A model generated the notes under the pieces. The model did no database searches. It saw only the letters and a program-made list of their open reading frames with translations, and was not told where the DNA came from. 57,656 nt of DNA, taken from Clostridiales bacterium UBA3953. Its GTDB lineage: Bacteria > Bacillota > Clostridia > Oscillospirales > CAG-272. Below, piece by piece: positions 35,678-45,048 of this stretch. The stretch spans positions 23,345-81,000 of the forward strand of contig DGDL01000041.1 of NCBI GenBank assembly GCA_002385415.1, written 5' to 3'. The stretch's first letter is position 1, and each line of letters starts with the position of its first letter. Both the position numbers and the translations under genes were made by a program.

Positions 35678-36949
35678 TTACACATACCGGCTCATCTCTC
35701 GTTCGATGGCGTACTCGAGCGCGTCGAGGGTGTCGATGTCGCTTGAGCCGTCGTCCAGCCGAACATCGCGCCCCGCGTCGGTTTTGTCGCTCCAGCGCGC
35801 GTCGCAAAGCGCTTCGGAGACCGTGTCGGCGTGCTCGGTAAGCATTAGCCTGCCCGAGGCAAGCAGCCGCAGCGTAAAGCGTATGCGGTCGGTCACCGGC
35901 AGCTTTAGCGCCGGTCGCACCGATACAAACGGAGCCGCCTCGCGCGCCGCGGCTTTAAGCGAGCGCATCAGCACCGGCTCGGCATTGTCGCAGTATGCCG
36001 TTATCTCACATCCATAGTGCTCGAGCCTCGCGCAGAACTCGCAGAACCGCGCGCTAAGCTCGCCGCTGTCAAGCTCGCCGGAGTGCCGCTCGGAGGCAAG
36101 CACAAGCAAGCGTCTGCCGCCCGAGTTGGCTTTCTCGGCACCGTCCGGCAAATACGGCTCGAGTATTTCTTCGCCGACGGCGACAAAGGCGGTCGCCGAG
36201 CGGTTTCCGCCAAAGTCCACACCGACCGCTATGCGCGAAACAGCGGACGGATCATAGCCGGCGGGCAGGGTGTAGTCCCCGGGGCTGTCGGCAAACCGAC
36301 GGTAAATTGCGCCTTCTGCCGCGACCCAGCGACCGAGGATATAGCGGTCATACCACACTGTGCCTGCATACTCCTCTTTGAGCGCGCGCACAAACTCGGG
36401 CGGCAGCATGGGATTGTCGTCAATGGTATAGGTTTGACAGTATATATCGCCGCCGCTGTCGAGGAACTTTTTGAACCAGTGACGTGGGCCGGCGGGGTTG
36501 CAGGTACCGTCGAACACCGAGCAAGGGCGGTCAAGCCGCGACTGGAGCATTGAAAATAAATCGGGCGACCAGGTCGTGACCTCGTCGCCGTAGCAGTATT
36601 TGACGCTTGCGCCCTGAATTTTCGCCACCTGCCCGCTGTTTGACGCGCCGACAATAACGCACTTTTCGCCGAACATTGTGACGGAGCCGCCGTCGGACGA
36701 CGGCCTGCCCACGAGCGCCTCGCCCCAGATTTTGCGCATGGGGTCGAGTATGTTGCGCGCCACCGTCGCCGTTGTCGCGCCGACCAGCAGCACGATGCCG
36801 CCGGACGATGTACGCGCCGGGTCGCGGATTCGGTGGGGTATGAGAAAATAGTCGCCGTAGGTTTTGCCCGAGCGCACAGCGCCGACCTTGACGTTCCAGC
36901 GGTGATTTGCCCTCGCGATGAACTCGCGCTGCTTTTCGGTAAGCGGCAC
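35678..36949 (-). CDS. phage terminase large subunit (PBSX family)
   Basis: Walker A GAVRSGKTY near the N-terminus and a nuclease-half pattern; 423 aa with a GTG start. Confidence 0.88.
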   Translation of the reverse strand: MPLTEKQREFIARANHRWNVKVGAVRSGKTYGDYFLIPHRIRDPARTSSGGIVLLVGATTATVARNILDPMRKIWGEALVGRPSSDGGSVTMFGEKCVIVGASNSGQVAKIQGASVKYCYGDEVTTWSPDLFSMLQSRLDRPCSVFDGTCNPAGPRHWFKKFLDSGGDIYCQTYTIDDNPMLPPEFVRALKEEYAGTVWYDRYILGRWVAAEGAIYRRFADSPGDYTLPAGYDPSAVSRIAVGVDFGGNRSATAFVAVGEEILEPYLPDGAEKANSGGRRLLVLASERHSGELDSGELSARFCEFCARLEHYGCEITAYCDNAEPVLMRSLKAAAREAAPFVSVRPALKLPVTDRIRFTLRLLASGRLMLTEHADTVSEALCDARWSDKTDAGRDVRLDDGSSDIDTLDALEYAIEREMSRYV

Positions 36950-36951
36950 GG

Positions 36952-37143
36952 CTACTTCCTCAGCTCGGCAAGCACTTCATCGAGCTTGCGCAGCACTGCG
37001 TCTTCGGAATTTTTGCGCTCCAGCCTGGCGGCCAGCCACTCGAGCGCCCGCATGCGTTCGGAGTCCTTTTCGCCGGAGAACGCAATCCTTTTAAACTCGT
37101 CGACAATCTTTCGTTCATCAATATCCATGCTGCTATTGTCCAT
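36952..37143 (-). pseudogene. terminase small subunit, C-terminal fragment only
   Basis: ...KIVDEFKRIAFSGEKDSERMRALEWLAARLE... matches the conserved C-terminal part of Terminase_2-type TerS. The N-terminal DNA-binding part is absent. A GGAGGTG precedes the internal ATG at 37143. Confidence 0.5.
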
Positions 37144-37358
37144 GCATTTTTGCACCTCCACAGCAATATTGCATGATACCATAATAGCACAAAAAAACCG
37201 GGGAGTCGTCCCGAGTTTGTCCCATCTTTGCCCGCGGGGTCGCAGCAAAATATCAGCCTCCTGGATCTGTAAAATCGGCATGACGGTTTAAAAAATTCCT
37301 TTTTTCAAAAAACGGCGTTGCCGCCCGCCAAAACGGGCGAAATCCTGGGCATGGGGCA

Positions 37359-37391
37359 CAAAAAAAGAGCAGGCCAAATCATGACCTGCTC
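37359..37391 (-). terminator. intrinsic terminator after the GH55-like gene
   Basis: On the minus strand, GAGCAGG / CCTGCTC stem followed by TTTTTTT. Confidence 0.75.
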
Positions 37392-37407
37392 AATCTGCTG
37401 CTGTCTT

Positions 37408-39981
37408 TTATCCCGCGACGTTCGGCTCGTGCTTGTTGCCGATGGTCAGGCGGTTGAACATGGAAAGCCGCACACCTTCCTCGCCGGCAAAATACGACCT
37501 GCCGTTGTAGCGCAGTGCGTTTATAAGCACGCACTCACCAGACTGGACAATTGTCTGCGGCCCACCGATGTTGTCGGAGCCGACGTTGGCAACGAGAAGA
37601 TTTTTACATTCCGCCGCCTCGACAAATGTGCGAACCCCGTAGGCGAAGCTGTTAAAGAGTATTTGGTTTCGGGTGTTGTAGAAGTAGAAAAGAGTTGTGC
37701 GCAATTGCGTGTAGCCGTTGACATCCGGCCACGCCGAGAAATCGTAACCGGCCATCGCGTTGCGCGCTGCAACCGTGCCGTTTTGCAGGCAGCCCTCTAT
37801 GATGCCGCCCTCGCAGTTTGCGGCGCGCACGGCGTATTTATAGCAGTAGGCGATGAGCTTTTTCACATAGTGGCCGTTTGCGCCGTTGAAATCGACACCT
37901 CCGTATGCACCCACAACTGCGCAGTTGACGACATAGGCGCCGTCGTCGGTCGAGCGGATAGCAAACGCGCATTCGGGGTTGCCTGTGCCCGACTTGTTTT
38001 CAGGATAAAGCACGCGAATGTTGCGCACGCCGCTGCTGCGGCCGAGAGTTATAAGCGCCTGGTCGTATAGCGGATCGGATGCGCCCATGCCGTAGTACGA
38101 GAGAAGCGCGGTGCCGAGGCTGCTTACATGCTGGTCGCGTACGGGCACCGAGCCGACGCCGCGCAGCTCCATGCCGTCGGGCACAACTATGGGCGAGTCG
38201 AGCCTGTAGAGCCCTGCGGGGAGATATACAATGCCTCCACCCTGCTTTTGTGCCGCCAAAATGAACTTTGCAAGCTCAGCCGACACGTCTGTCGCGCCTG
38301 TGTTGTCGCCCTCAAACACGAAAAGCCGGCGTGCGGCAGGCTTGGGCGGCGCGGCATTGTAGTTGAGGCTGTATGCCGAAAGGTCGGATTCGTCCACCAT
38401 ATACTCGCCGTCGCCCGCAAGATTGCCGGTGTAATTTACTCCGGTGAGTTTTACAATGCCTTTCGAGTCGTTTTTCACCGGAATCTCGCAGCCGGTGATG
38501 CTGCTGCGCGCCACGACCATGCCCCAGCGGCTGTCGATGGAGTCAATTTGTATGCCGGTTTCACAGTTTTCGATGTAAAAGTCGTACAGTGCGCCGGCGA
38601 ACTCAATACGCTTGCCTTTGACGATATGTACGCCTACCTTGTAGTCTTTCACGCGGATATTAGCAAACTGCGTCCACTCGAGATCGCCCAAAATAAGGCC
38701 CTCGCCGTGCGTGCTCGTGTATGCTTTTATATCGTCATAGCTTGGCGCATTGTATGCGGGCGTGGCGTTTGCCCAGTATTCGGGGCTGATAAAAAAGTTC
38801 TTCCATGTGCCGACATCGGCTTGGTTGTATGCCGTCGCGGCGCAATAGAGGAATGTGCCGTAAACGCTTTCGATGGTCATCATCTCGTGCGCGTTTTCCT
38901 CGACAACGCACGCGCCGATACCGCGGTAGCCGTTGAGCACAGTGACGTTCATTATAGTCTGCAGCATGTAGCCGTCGCCCTGGCCGTCTATATAGAAGGT
39001 GTAGGGATAAGGCTTGACATCGCTTATGTCCTGCTGGGGATACCAGACCGTAAGCCCGTATACGCCCGCGCTGCCTTTGATAGTAAACAGCGCCGGCGTG
39101 GGATTGTCGACCGAGGGTACGTCCGCAACAATAACGGTGCCGTATTCGCCGTCTGTGACACTATCCGGGCTATGCCAGTCGCCGCGCAGTGTCACAAATG
39201 CGGGAATTGTGATAGGCTTTGTGATGCGGTATTTTCCCGCCGGCAGCCAAAGCGTACCGCCGCCCGCCGACGCAAGGTCGCCGAGCGCTTTTTGCAGCAG
39301 TGACGAGACGTCCTCTGCGCCGGTGCTGTCGGCGCCGTAATCGAGCGTGAAAATCTTATCGGCAACGACAATGTCGCCTGACGGATATAAAGTGTCCACA
39401 ATGCAAGGCCTGCTGTCCGGGGTTTGAGGTGTTACTACCATTTCGTATACTCCTTTATAACTATATCCTCGCTCAATCGAAAGCGTAGATACCTCTTTCA
39501 TTTCGCCGCCCGGGTCATAGCCTATATACAGGCAGAAATGCTCGGCGGCGGATTTCAGCGCGCGCTCGGAGTTTGCCGCAATAACCAGCTTGTGGCCGAT
39601 TGTCTCGATTATAAATTCGTCATCGCCGACAAGCTTTTCCTTTGCCTGCTTGCTTTCGGCGCGGTTTGTGTCGCCGACCAGGATTTCATAGCGCGAAGAC
39701 AGCTCCTGTTGCGAGGGCATGGGCTTTTCCCAGTCGGTTTTAATCGCAAATTTCGCGCCGGTGACCGACTCGAGCGCCTCGCGCACCAAAACCGCGGGTC
39801 TTGCCTGCTCGGAGGTCGCAAGGTCGGAGCGCACGATAGTGAAATTTGCCACGCCGCCCTCGGCAAGCGGAGGAAGCGGCTCGGTTTGACCCAAATCCGC
39901 CTCGCCGCCAGCCGAGTTGCAGGATGCAAGTGCTGTCATCAGTGCCAGCAGGGCAACTGCTGCCGCCAAAATCCGTTTCAT
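37408..39981 (-). CDS. secreted lipoprotein with two pectate-lyase-superfamily beta-helix domains (GH55-like architecture)
   Basis: Signal peptide with lipobox (LMTALASC). Two copies of the Pectate_lyase_3-type opening motif are present: DYGADSTGAEDVSSLLQKAL...GGGTLWLPAGKYRI and GDNTGATDVSAELAKFIL...GGGIVYLPAGLYRL. Confidence 0.7.
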   Translation of the reverse strand: MKRILAAAVALLALMTALASCNSAGGEADLGQTEPLPPLAEGGVANFTIVRSDLATSEQARPAVLVREALESVTGAKFAIKTDWEKPMPSQQELSSRYEILVGDTNRAESKQAKEKLVGDDEFIIETIGHKLVIAANSERALKSAAEHFCLYIGYDPGGEMKEVSTLSIERGYSYKGVYEMVVTPQTPDSRPCIVDTLYPSGDIVVADKIFTLDYGADSTGAEDVSSLLQKALGDLASAGGGTLWLPAGKYRITKPITIPAFVTLRGDWHSPDSVTDGEYGTVIVADVPSVDNPTPALFTIKGSAGVYGLTVWYPQQDISDVKPYPYTFYIDGQGDGYMLQTIMNVTVLNGYRGIGACVVEENAHEMMTIESVYGTFLYCAATAYNQADVGTWKNFFISPEYWANATPAYNAPSYDDIKAYTSTHGEGLILGDLEWTQFANIRVKDYKVGVHIVKGKRIEFAGALYDFYIENCETGIQIDSIDSRWGMVVARSSITGCEIPVKNDSKGIVKLTGVNYTGNLAGDGEYMVDESDLSAYSLNYNAAPPKPAARRLFVFEGDNTGATDVSAELAKFILAAQKQGGGIVYLPAGLYRLDSPIVVPDGMELRGVGSVPVRDQHVSSLGTALLSYYGMGASDPLYDQALITLGRSSGVRNIRVLYPENKSGTGNPECAFAIRSTDDGAYVVNCAVVGAYGGVDFNGANGHYVKKLIAYCYKYAVRAANCEGGIIEGCLQNGTVAARNAMAGYDFSAWPDVNGYTQLRTTLFYFYNTRNQILFNSFAYGVRTFVEAAECKNLLVANVGSDNIGGPQTIVQSGECVLINALRYNGRSYFAGEEGVRLSMFNRLTIGNKHEPNVAG

Positions 39982-40005
39982 TATGCGGATACCCCATGAA
40001 AACCT

Positions 40006-40932
40006 TTATTTTTCGTTTCGCCGCTGTGCAGCCGCAAGCGACCTGGTCGCGCCAAGCCCGGCTGCAACGAGCGCGACCGCCGCGAGATATTGCCATTTGA
40101 ATCCGGCGGAACCGCCGGAGGCGGTCTGCGCGCCGCTGCCCGATTTCGACTGTGAAAACATCCAGCCGAGCAGGTCGGGTTCGGAGTAGGCCTCGTCCCA
40201 ACAGTTGTGCCCGACGCCGGAATACTCAGTATAAGTATAAACCTTGCCGCCCGCTTTTTCAAGTGCCGATGCCATATCGCGCGAGCCTGATACCGGCACC
40301 ACCTCGTCGAGCGAGCCGTGGAAAAACCACACCGGAAGCTCTGCAATGACATCGGCTTTCGAGGGGTCGCCCGCGCCGCAAATCGGAACCGCCGCAGCGA
40401 AAAGCTCGGGATGGCGCAGGATAATATCCCATGTGCCGTACCCGCCCATCGACAGGCCGGTTACATATATCCGGTCGGAGTCGACAGGCTCGCTTTTGAT
40501 AAGCGAGAGAAGCAGCTCATAGGTTGCGCCGAGACTGCGCGACATGGGGACACTGTCCAAACTGTATGAGCCGGCCTCCCATGGAGTGTCCACCCACTGC
40601 ATTTCGTCGGGACATTGTGGTGCGACGAGTATGCAGTTTTTGTATTCCGACCGCAGCACGCGCGAGAGAATCCCCGGCTCGAAGTAAACCTGCGTCGTGT
40701 TGTCGTCGCCGCGGTGCCCGGCACCGTGCAGATAAAGCAGCAGCGGCAGCTTTTCGCCTTCTCCCGCCTCGGGCGGGATATATATACGATATGGCAGGCT
40801 TGTCCCGGCCGAATCTGTAAACGTGCGCATTTCCATAATGTTTGCGGCAGGTGACATACCGAACGAACAGGCGTAAACCGATAGCAGGGCCGCAGCCGCA
40901 AAAATAAAAAACAGTTTTATCGGGGTTTTCAT
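40006..40932 (-). CDS. secreted alpha/beta-hydrolase (esterase/peptidase S9-like)
   Basis: N-terminal signal/lipobox (LSVYAC), nucleophile elbow GLSMGGYG, and a C-terminal hydrophobic segment followed by basic residues. Confidence 0.7.
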   Translation of the reverse strand: MKTPIKLFFIFAAAALLSVYACSFGMSPAANIMEMRTFTDSAGTSLPYRIYIPPEAGEGEKLPLLLYLHGAGHRGDDNTTQVYFEPGILSRVLRSEYKNCILVAPQCPDEMQWVDTPWEAGSYSLDSVPMSRSLGATYELLLSLIKSEPVDSDRIYVTGLSMGGYGTWDIILRHPELFAAAVPICGAGDPSKADVIAELPVWFFHGSLDEVVPVSGSRDMASALEKAGGKVYTYTEYSGVGHNCWDEAYSEPDLLGWMFSQSKSGSGAQTASGGSAGFKWQYLAAVALVAAGLGATRSLAAAQRRNEK

Positions 40933-41825
40933 ATATCAAAAAATTCGGCAAGCAATGAATTGTAGTCAACTTCCCCTGCGCCGTGTGCCGCAAACACAAA
41001 GTCCCGCTCGGGCACAACGCGAACAATCTGACCGTTTGTACCAGTGCAGGCAAAGCCGCGGTCACGCAGCCAGAAGCTGTATCCATAGCGCGGAGCACTC
41101 TCAATTTTCACCTGGTCGGAGGTTGCGGCTCGCACCCATTCTTCGTCGAGCAGCCGGCGCCCGTCTGGGGTGAGTCCGCCGCTCATATAGACATAGCCCA
41201 GCTTCCACATGTCGTGGGTATAGGTGAATAAGCCGGTCGCCCCCATTATATCGCCCGCGTGGCTGCGTTCGAACGCGCAGGGACCGAACCCGAGCGGCTC
41301 AAGCAGCCGCCGGCGCAGATAAAGCTCGACGTCCTCGCCGACTGCGCGGCTCGCGACCGCCGCGGCGAGATAGTAATTTGTGTTGCTGTAAACATAATGT
41401 GTCCCGGGCTCTTTTTTTATTTTTATGGCAAAGCAGCGCCGGAGCCAGTTTCGCTCGCGCGCTGGGTCATAACGGTCACTTTCAAACAGCGTGACATCGC
41501 GCTGACCGGTGGTATGCGTCAAAATGTGGTGGACGGTGACGTCCTGCCATCCGTCGGAGATTTTTTCCGGCAGCTCGTCCCGCCCAAAAAAATCAATAAC
41601 GCGGTCGGATAAGCGCAGTTTGCCGTCACAGACGGCAAGCCCGACCGCGGTTGCTGTGAAATTTTTGGTTATGGAATAGCAGTTTAAAGCGCCGGCACTG
41701 AAATTTACCTGGCGCATGGCAAAATCGCCGTCCGAGTAGACAGCCATGTTTATAACCGGTATGTCCGCAGACTTTATCTTCTCCGTTAAAGCGTCAAGTC
41801 TTTCCTCGAGGTTCAATTTTATCAC
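40929..41825 (-). CDS. serine hydrolase, beta-lactamase (class C-related) family
   Basis: SxxK motif (YSITKNF) and 298 aa. It has 4-nt overlaps with both neighbours. Confidence 0.75.
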   Translation of the reverse strand: MIKLNLEERLDALTEKIKSADIPVINMAVYSDGDFAMRQVNFSAGALNCYSITKNFTATAVGLAVCDGKLRLSDRVIDFFGRDELPEKISDGWQDVTVHHILTHTTGQRDVTLFESDRYDPARERNWLRRCFAIKIKKEPGTHYVYSNTNYYLAAAVASRAVGEDVELYLRRRLLEPLGFGPCAFERSHAGDIMGATGLFTYTHDMWKLGYVYMSGGLTPDGRRLLDEEWVRAATSDQVKIESAPRYGYSFWLRDRGFACTGTNGQIVRVVPERDFVFAAHGAGEVDYNSLLAEFFDI

Positions 41826-43042
41826 ATCCCTTGAATAAGAAGTTTAAATCCTGCAAAAAGGCCGGCAAGCCATTCCCAAATGGTTTTTTCGCGCTGCCGG
41901 GGTATGTCAAACGATGCGGTAAGTTCGCATTCGGCAATAGTGTTGCCGTCACAGTGCCAAACCGCCTTGCCCAGCGGCTGGGATTTGAGCACCGGCGCAT
42001 AATAAAAGTTTTTGAGTCGCAGCTCACATGTAATCTCGCCGCGTTCCTTGGGTAGTACGGCTGTGACGGTACGCAGGTTGTTGACGAAAACATAGGGCGA
42101 GGTGCCGCCCACAACGGGCAGTGCATACGAAAGTGTACCCGCCTCGGCAAGCGTCACGCACTCCAGCTGCGAAAAGCCGTACTCGAGCATAGCGGTGTGG
42201 TCGTTCCAGTCGTCCGACGCGTTGAGCGTCACCGCGACAAGCTCGACCCCGTCGCGCTCGGCGGCTGAAACAAGGCAGCGCCCGCTCCTTTTGGTAAAGC
42301 CGGTTTTAACACCTATTGCGTAAGGGTAAAGCCGCAGCAGCCTGTTGTGGTTGAGCAACAGCCGCACTCCGCCCCCGTCACGCAGCGGTATGGTTTTACG
42401 CCGCGTCGCACAAATCTCGCGAAAGATAGGGTTTTGCATCGCGTAACGGGTGAGTGTAGCCAGATCACGCGCAGTTGTGTAGTGGTTTTCATGGTCGAGC
42501 CCGTGAGGGTTGGCAAAACAGGTGTTTGCCATCCCCAGCTCGGCCGCTTTCCTGTTCATCAGCTCGGCAAAAGCCGCGACGCTGCCCGCAATTTCTATTG
42601 CAACAGCGGTCGCCGCATCGTTTGCGCTTTCGAGCATAACGGCATAGAGAAGCTCCCCGAGCGTGAGCTCCTCGTCGGTGTAAAGATAAATGGACGAGCC
42701 CTCGATTCCCACCGCGGTAGAGGGGATTACAACCCTTTCGTTTAAGTCGCCGTTTTCAAGAGCCACGACGGTTGTCATTATCTTGGTCGTGGACGCCATG
42801 GGACGGCGGGTATCGGCGTCTTTTTCAAACAGTACGCGACCCGTCGACGTCTCAATTAAAATCGCCGATCTTGCCGAAACCGACGGCGGAGAAGTCTCCG
42901 CATGCGCGCATACGGTAGCCGGCAGCGCAGCGGCGACGGCAAGCAGCATGTATACCGCAAAAACGCCGAGTTTTCTCAGTTTGCCCTGCAAATTTACAGT
43001 TACCGGTTTTGACAAAGCACGCCTCCGGATGTTTGCTCTCAT
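41822..43042 (-). CDS. dacB: D-alanyl-D-alanine carboxypeptidase (PBP5/DacB-like)
   Basis: SxxK (ASTTKIMT), SxN (SANDAA) and KTG (KTGFT) motifs, plus an N-terminal signal/anchor. Confidence 0.82.
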   Translation of the reverse strand: MRANIRRRALSKPVTVNLQGKLRKLGVFAVYMLLAVAAALPATVCAHAETSPPSVSARSAILIETSTGRVLFEKDADTRRPMASTTKIMTTVVALENGDLNERVVIPSTAVGIEGSSIYLYTDEELTLGELLYAVMLESANDAATAVAIEIAGSVAAFAELMNRKAAELGMANTCFANPHGLDHENHYTTARDLATLTRYAMQNPIFREICATRRKTIPLRDGGGVRLLLNHNRLLRLYPYAIGVKTGFTKRSGRCLVSAAERDGVELVAVTLNASDDWNDHTAMLEYGFSQLECVTLAEAGTLSYALPVVGGTSPYVFVNNLRTVTAVLPKERGEITCELRLKNFYYAPVLKSQPLGKAVWHCDGNTIAECELTASFDIPRQREKTIWEWLAGLFAGFKLLIQGM

Positions 43043-43098
43043 ATTAAATGCTTACATGCATTTATATGAGGGCACAGAGGCGCATATTCACAGTGCGG

Positions 43099-43581
43099 CT
43101 AAATAGACGCGGCTGGATCGTCCGTGGTATCGTCGTCTTTGGACAGCGCTTTTTTCAGCTTTGACACAATCTCGGGCGAACGGTCGATAAGCGAGCCTAT
43201 TGCCTCGATTATACCGGCGGCGCCGGGCGAATGAGGCTCTGAAATGTTGAGAAGCTCCACACCGTCCTCTTTGATTATAAGAAAGCAGATCGGAGTAACG
43301 GTCAGCCCGGTTCCGCCGCCTCCGCCGAAGTTTTGCTGGGGGGGCTTGCCGTTTCCGTTTCTGCCATTATTGCTTCCGTTCGCCGACTGCTGCGATGTTT
43401 TTGCGTTTTTGCCGAAGTAATCGACTCCGCCGGACGCAAAGCCGACCGAAACGCGGGAAACGGGTATAATTGTAGTTTTTCCGGCAACAATCGGCTGGCC
43501 GATTATTGTGTTTGTATCGGCAAGCTCTTTAATATTGGAAAGGGAAGTGGCTATAATGTCGCTGAGTTTGCTTTCGGGCAT
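43099..43581 (-). CDS. ytfJ: GerW/YtfJ family sporulation protein
   Basis: ...TIIGQPIVAGKTTIIPVSRVSVGFASGG... is the characteristic YtfJ core. Confidence 0.82.
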   Translation of the reverse strand: MPESKLSDIIATSLSNIKELADTNTIIGQPIVAGKTTIIPVSRVSVGFASGGVDYFGKNAKTSQQSANGSNNGRNGNGKPPQQNFGGGGGTGLTVTPICFLIIKEDGVELLNISEPHSPGAAGIIEAIGSLIDRSPEIVSKLKKALSKDDDTTDDPAASI

Positions 43582-43629
43582 TGCGATGACCTCCGTATAT
43601 TCAAATTACAGGATAAAGTCCGGGCTGTG

Positions 43630-44313
43630 TCAATCCTGTGGCGCTTTGCCTCCGGTGAAAAGATTGGCGCCGAAATCACCGAGCCGGGGAATATCTATAA
43701 CCCGCACCCGGAACGTAAAATCGGCGGAAAACTCGGGCTCCTCGACGCTGAAATCGGGATAAACCCCGAACTCGGCATCCTTTTTCACATCGAAGTTGGT
43801 CTCGCTCATAAGCAGCTCGGTGAGATATGCCACAAGCTGCGAGGTCGCCGAGTAAAGGTATGCTGTTTTGGCAGCGTCGTCCGATGCAACTTTTATATAA
43901 AGCTTTGACACGTCGATGTGAAGATAACGCGCAAAGCGGCGGATTATCCTTCCGACAAGCCGCGTTATAAACGAAATCTTCTGGGTAAGCGGAAGCTCCC
44001 GGGAAACAATTCCTTCTTCCTTCTTTTCGAGCTGTTGCTTTTCCTTTTTCAGGCGCTCTTTTTCAGCCTTTTTCGCCCGCTTTCGCTCAAGACGCCGAAA
44101 GCGCTTTATTTTATAGTCGCGCAGTTTAACTTTTTCCTTTTTGCGGGGCAGTATGCGATACCTGAAAAAGAGAATCTCAAGCCAAACCCGCAGCCCCTCA
44201 TCGTCATCATAGACGACTCGCAGGCGTACCCATGTAAAATATAGAAGCAAAGCCAAAGCAGCGAGTATGGCAAAAACGATTAAAACAGCGATCAATACTT
44301 TCATGGCGGTCAT
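43630..44313 (-). CDS. DUF2953-like (YtfI-like) sporulation-associated membrane protein
   Basis: N-terminal TM segment, a Lys/Arg/Glu-rich stretch, and a position upstream of ytfJ. The start is at an ATGA overlap with the scpB stop. Confidence 0.6.
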   Translation of the reverse strand: MTAMKVLIAVLIVFAILAALALLLYFTWVRLRVVYDDDEGLRVWLEILFFRYRILPRKKEKVKLRDYKIKRFRRLERKRAKKAEKERLKKEKQQLEKKEEGIVSRELPLTQKISFITRLVGRIIRRFARYLHIDVSKLYIKVASDDAAKTAYLYSATSQLVAYLTELLMSETNFDVKKDAEFGVYPDFSVEEPEFSADFTFRVRVIDIPRLGDFGANLFTGGKAPQD

Positions 44314-44975
44314 AAAGGCTCGTCCGGCGAGCCCGCCTCGTCCGTTACACGCAGAGCGTCGATGTCGGGAAGCTCGTCGAGCGACGATATGCCGAAACAG
44401 CGCAAAAAGTCGGGCGTCGTGGCGTATAGATTGGGCTTGCCGGGCACATCGAGCTTGCCGACGCACTCGATAAGCCCGCGTTCGATCAGGGTGTTTAACG
44501 CATACGAGCTGTCGGTGCCGCGTACCTGTTCAATGAAAACACGCGTCGTGGGCTGATTATAGGCTATGATGGCAAGCACTTCAAGCGCCGATTGCGAAAG
44601 ACCGCCGGGCGTTCGCATGCCGAGTGCCGCTTTGATATACGGCTCAAACTCCTCTTTCGTGCAAAGCTGGCGCCGGTCGCCGAGCGACAGAAGCTGAATC
44701 CCCCGCGTCTCGCAGTCGCGGGCAAGCTCGTCGCAAAGGTTTTCTACAGTATTAATATCCAGCCCGAGCGCATCCGCAAGCTTGCCAACGGGCACAGGCG
44801 TTCCTGCCGCAAATAAAATTGCCTCTATAGCGCGTTTGGCGAATCCCGGCTCAAAATTCGGGCTGTTGAGGGTGTTATCATGGCTTTGCACAGCCGTATC
44901 CGATGCGGTCTTGTCCGGGCATGTGTCCGTGGAAAATTCCAGGCTTTTTTGAGTGTCGTCTGTCACTTTTATCAA
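44310..44975 (-). CDS. scpB: SMC-Scp complex subunit ScpB
   Basis: ...AIEAILFAAGTPVPVGKLADAL... and a second winged-helix repeat. The start is non-ATG (TTG or GTG) and uncertain. Confidence 0.82.
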   Translation of the reverse strand: MIKVTDDTQKSLEFSTDTCPDKTASDTAVQSHDNTLNSPNFEPGFAKRAIEAILFAAGTPVPVGKLADALGLDINTVENLCDELARDCETRGIQLLSLGDRRQLCTKEEFEPYIKAALGMRTPGGLSQSALEVLAIIAYNQPTTRVFIEQVRGTDSSYALNTLIERGLIECVGKLDVPGKPNLYATTPDFLRCFGISSLDELPDIDALRVTDEAGSPDEPL

Positions 44976-45048
44976 ATCCGTTTACGGTAAATTAAATCAT
45001 GGCTTTGAGTGGCGCCGGCTGCATGCAGGCTGACGCTTAATTTGCAAA

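Larger units (their letters stand above)
26746..37143 (-). mobile_element. cryptic siphovirus-like prophage remnant (structural and packaging genes only)
   Basis: A contiguous minus-strand block: terminase fragments, capsid, portal, scaffold, connectors, Dit, Gp37-like protein and fibre. No integrase, repressor, replication, tape-measure, holin or endolysin gene was recognised. Confidence 0.8.
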
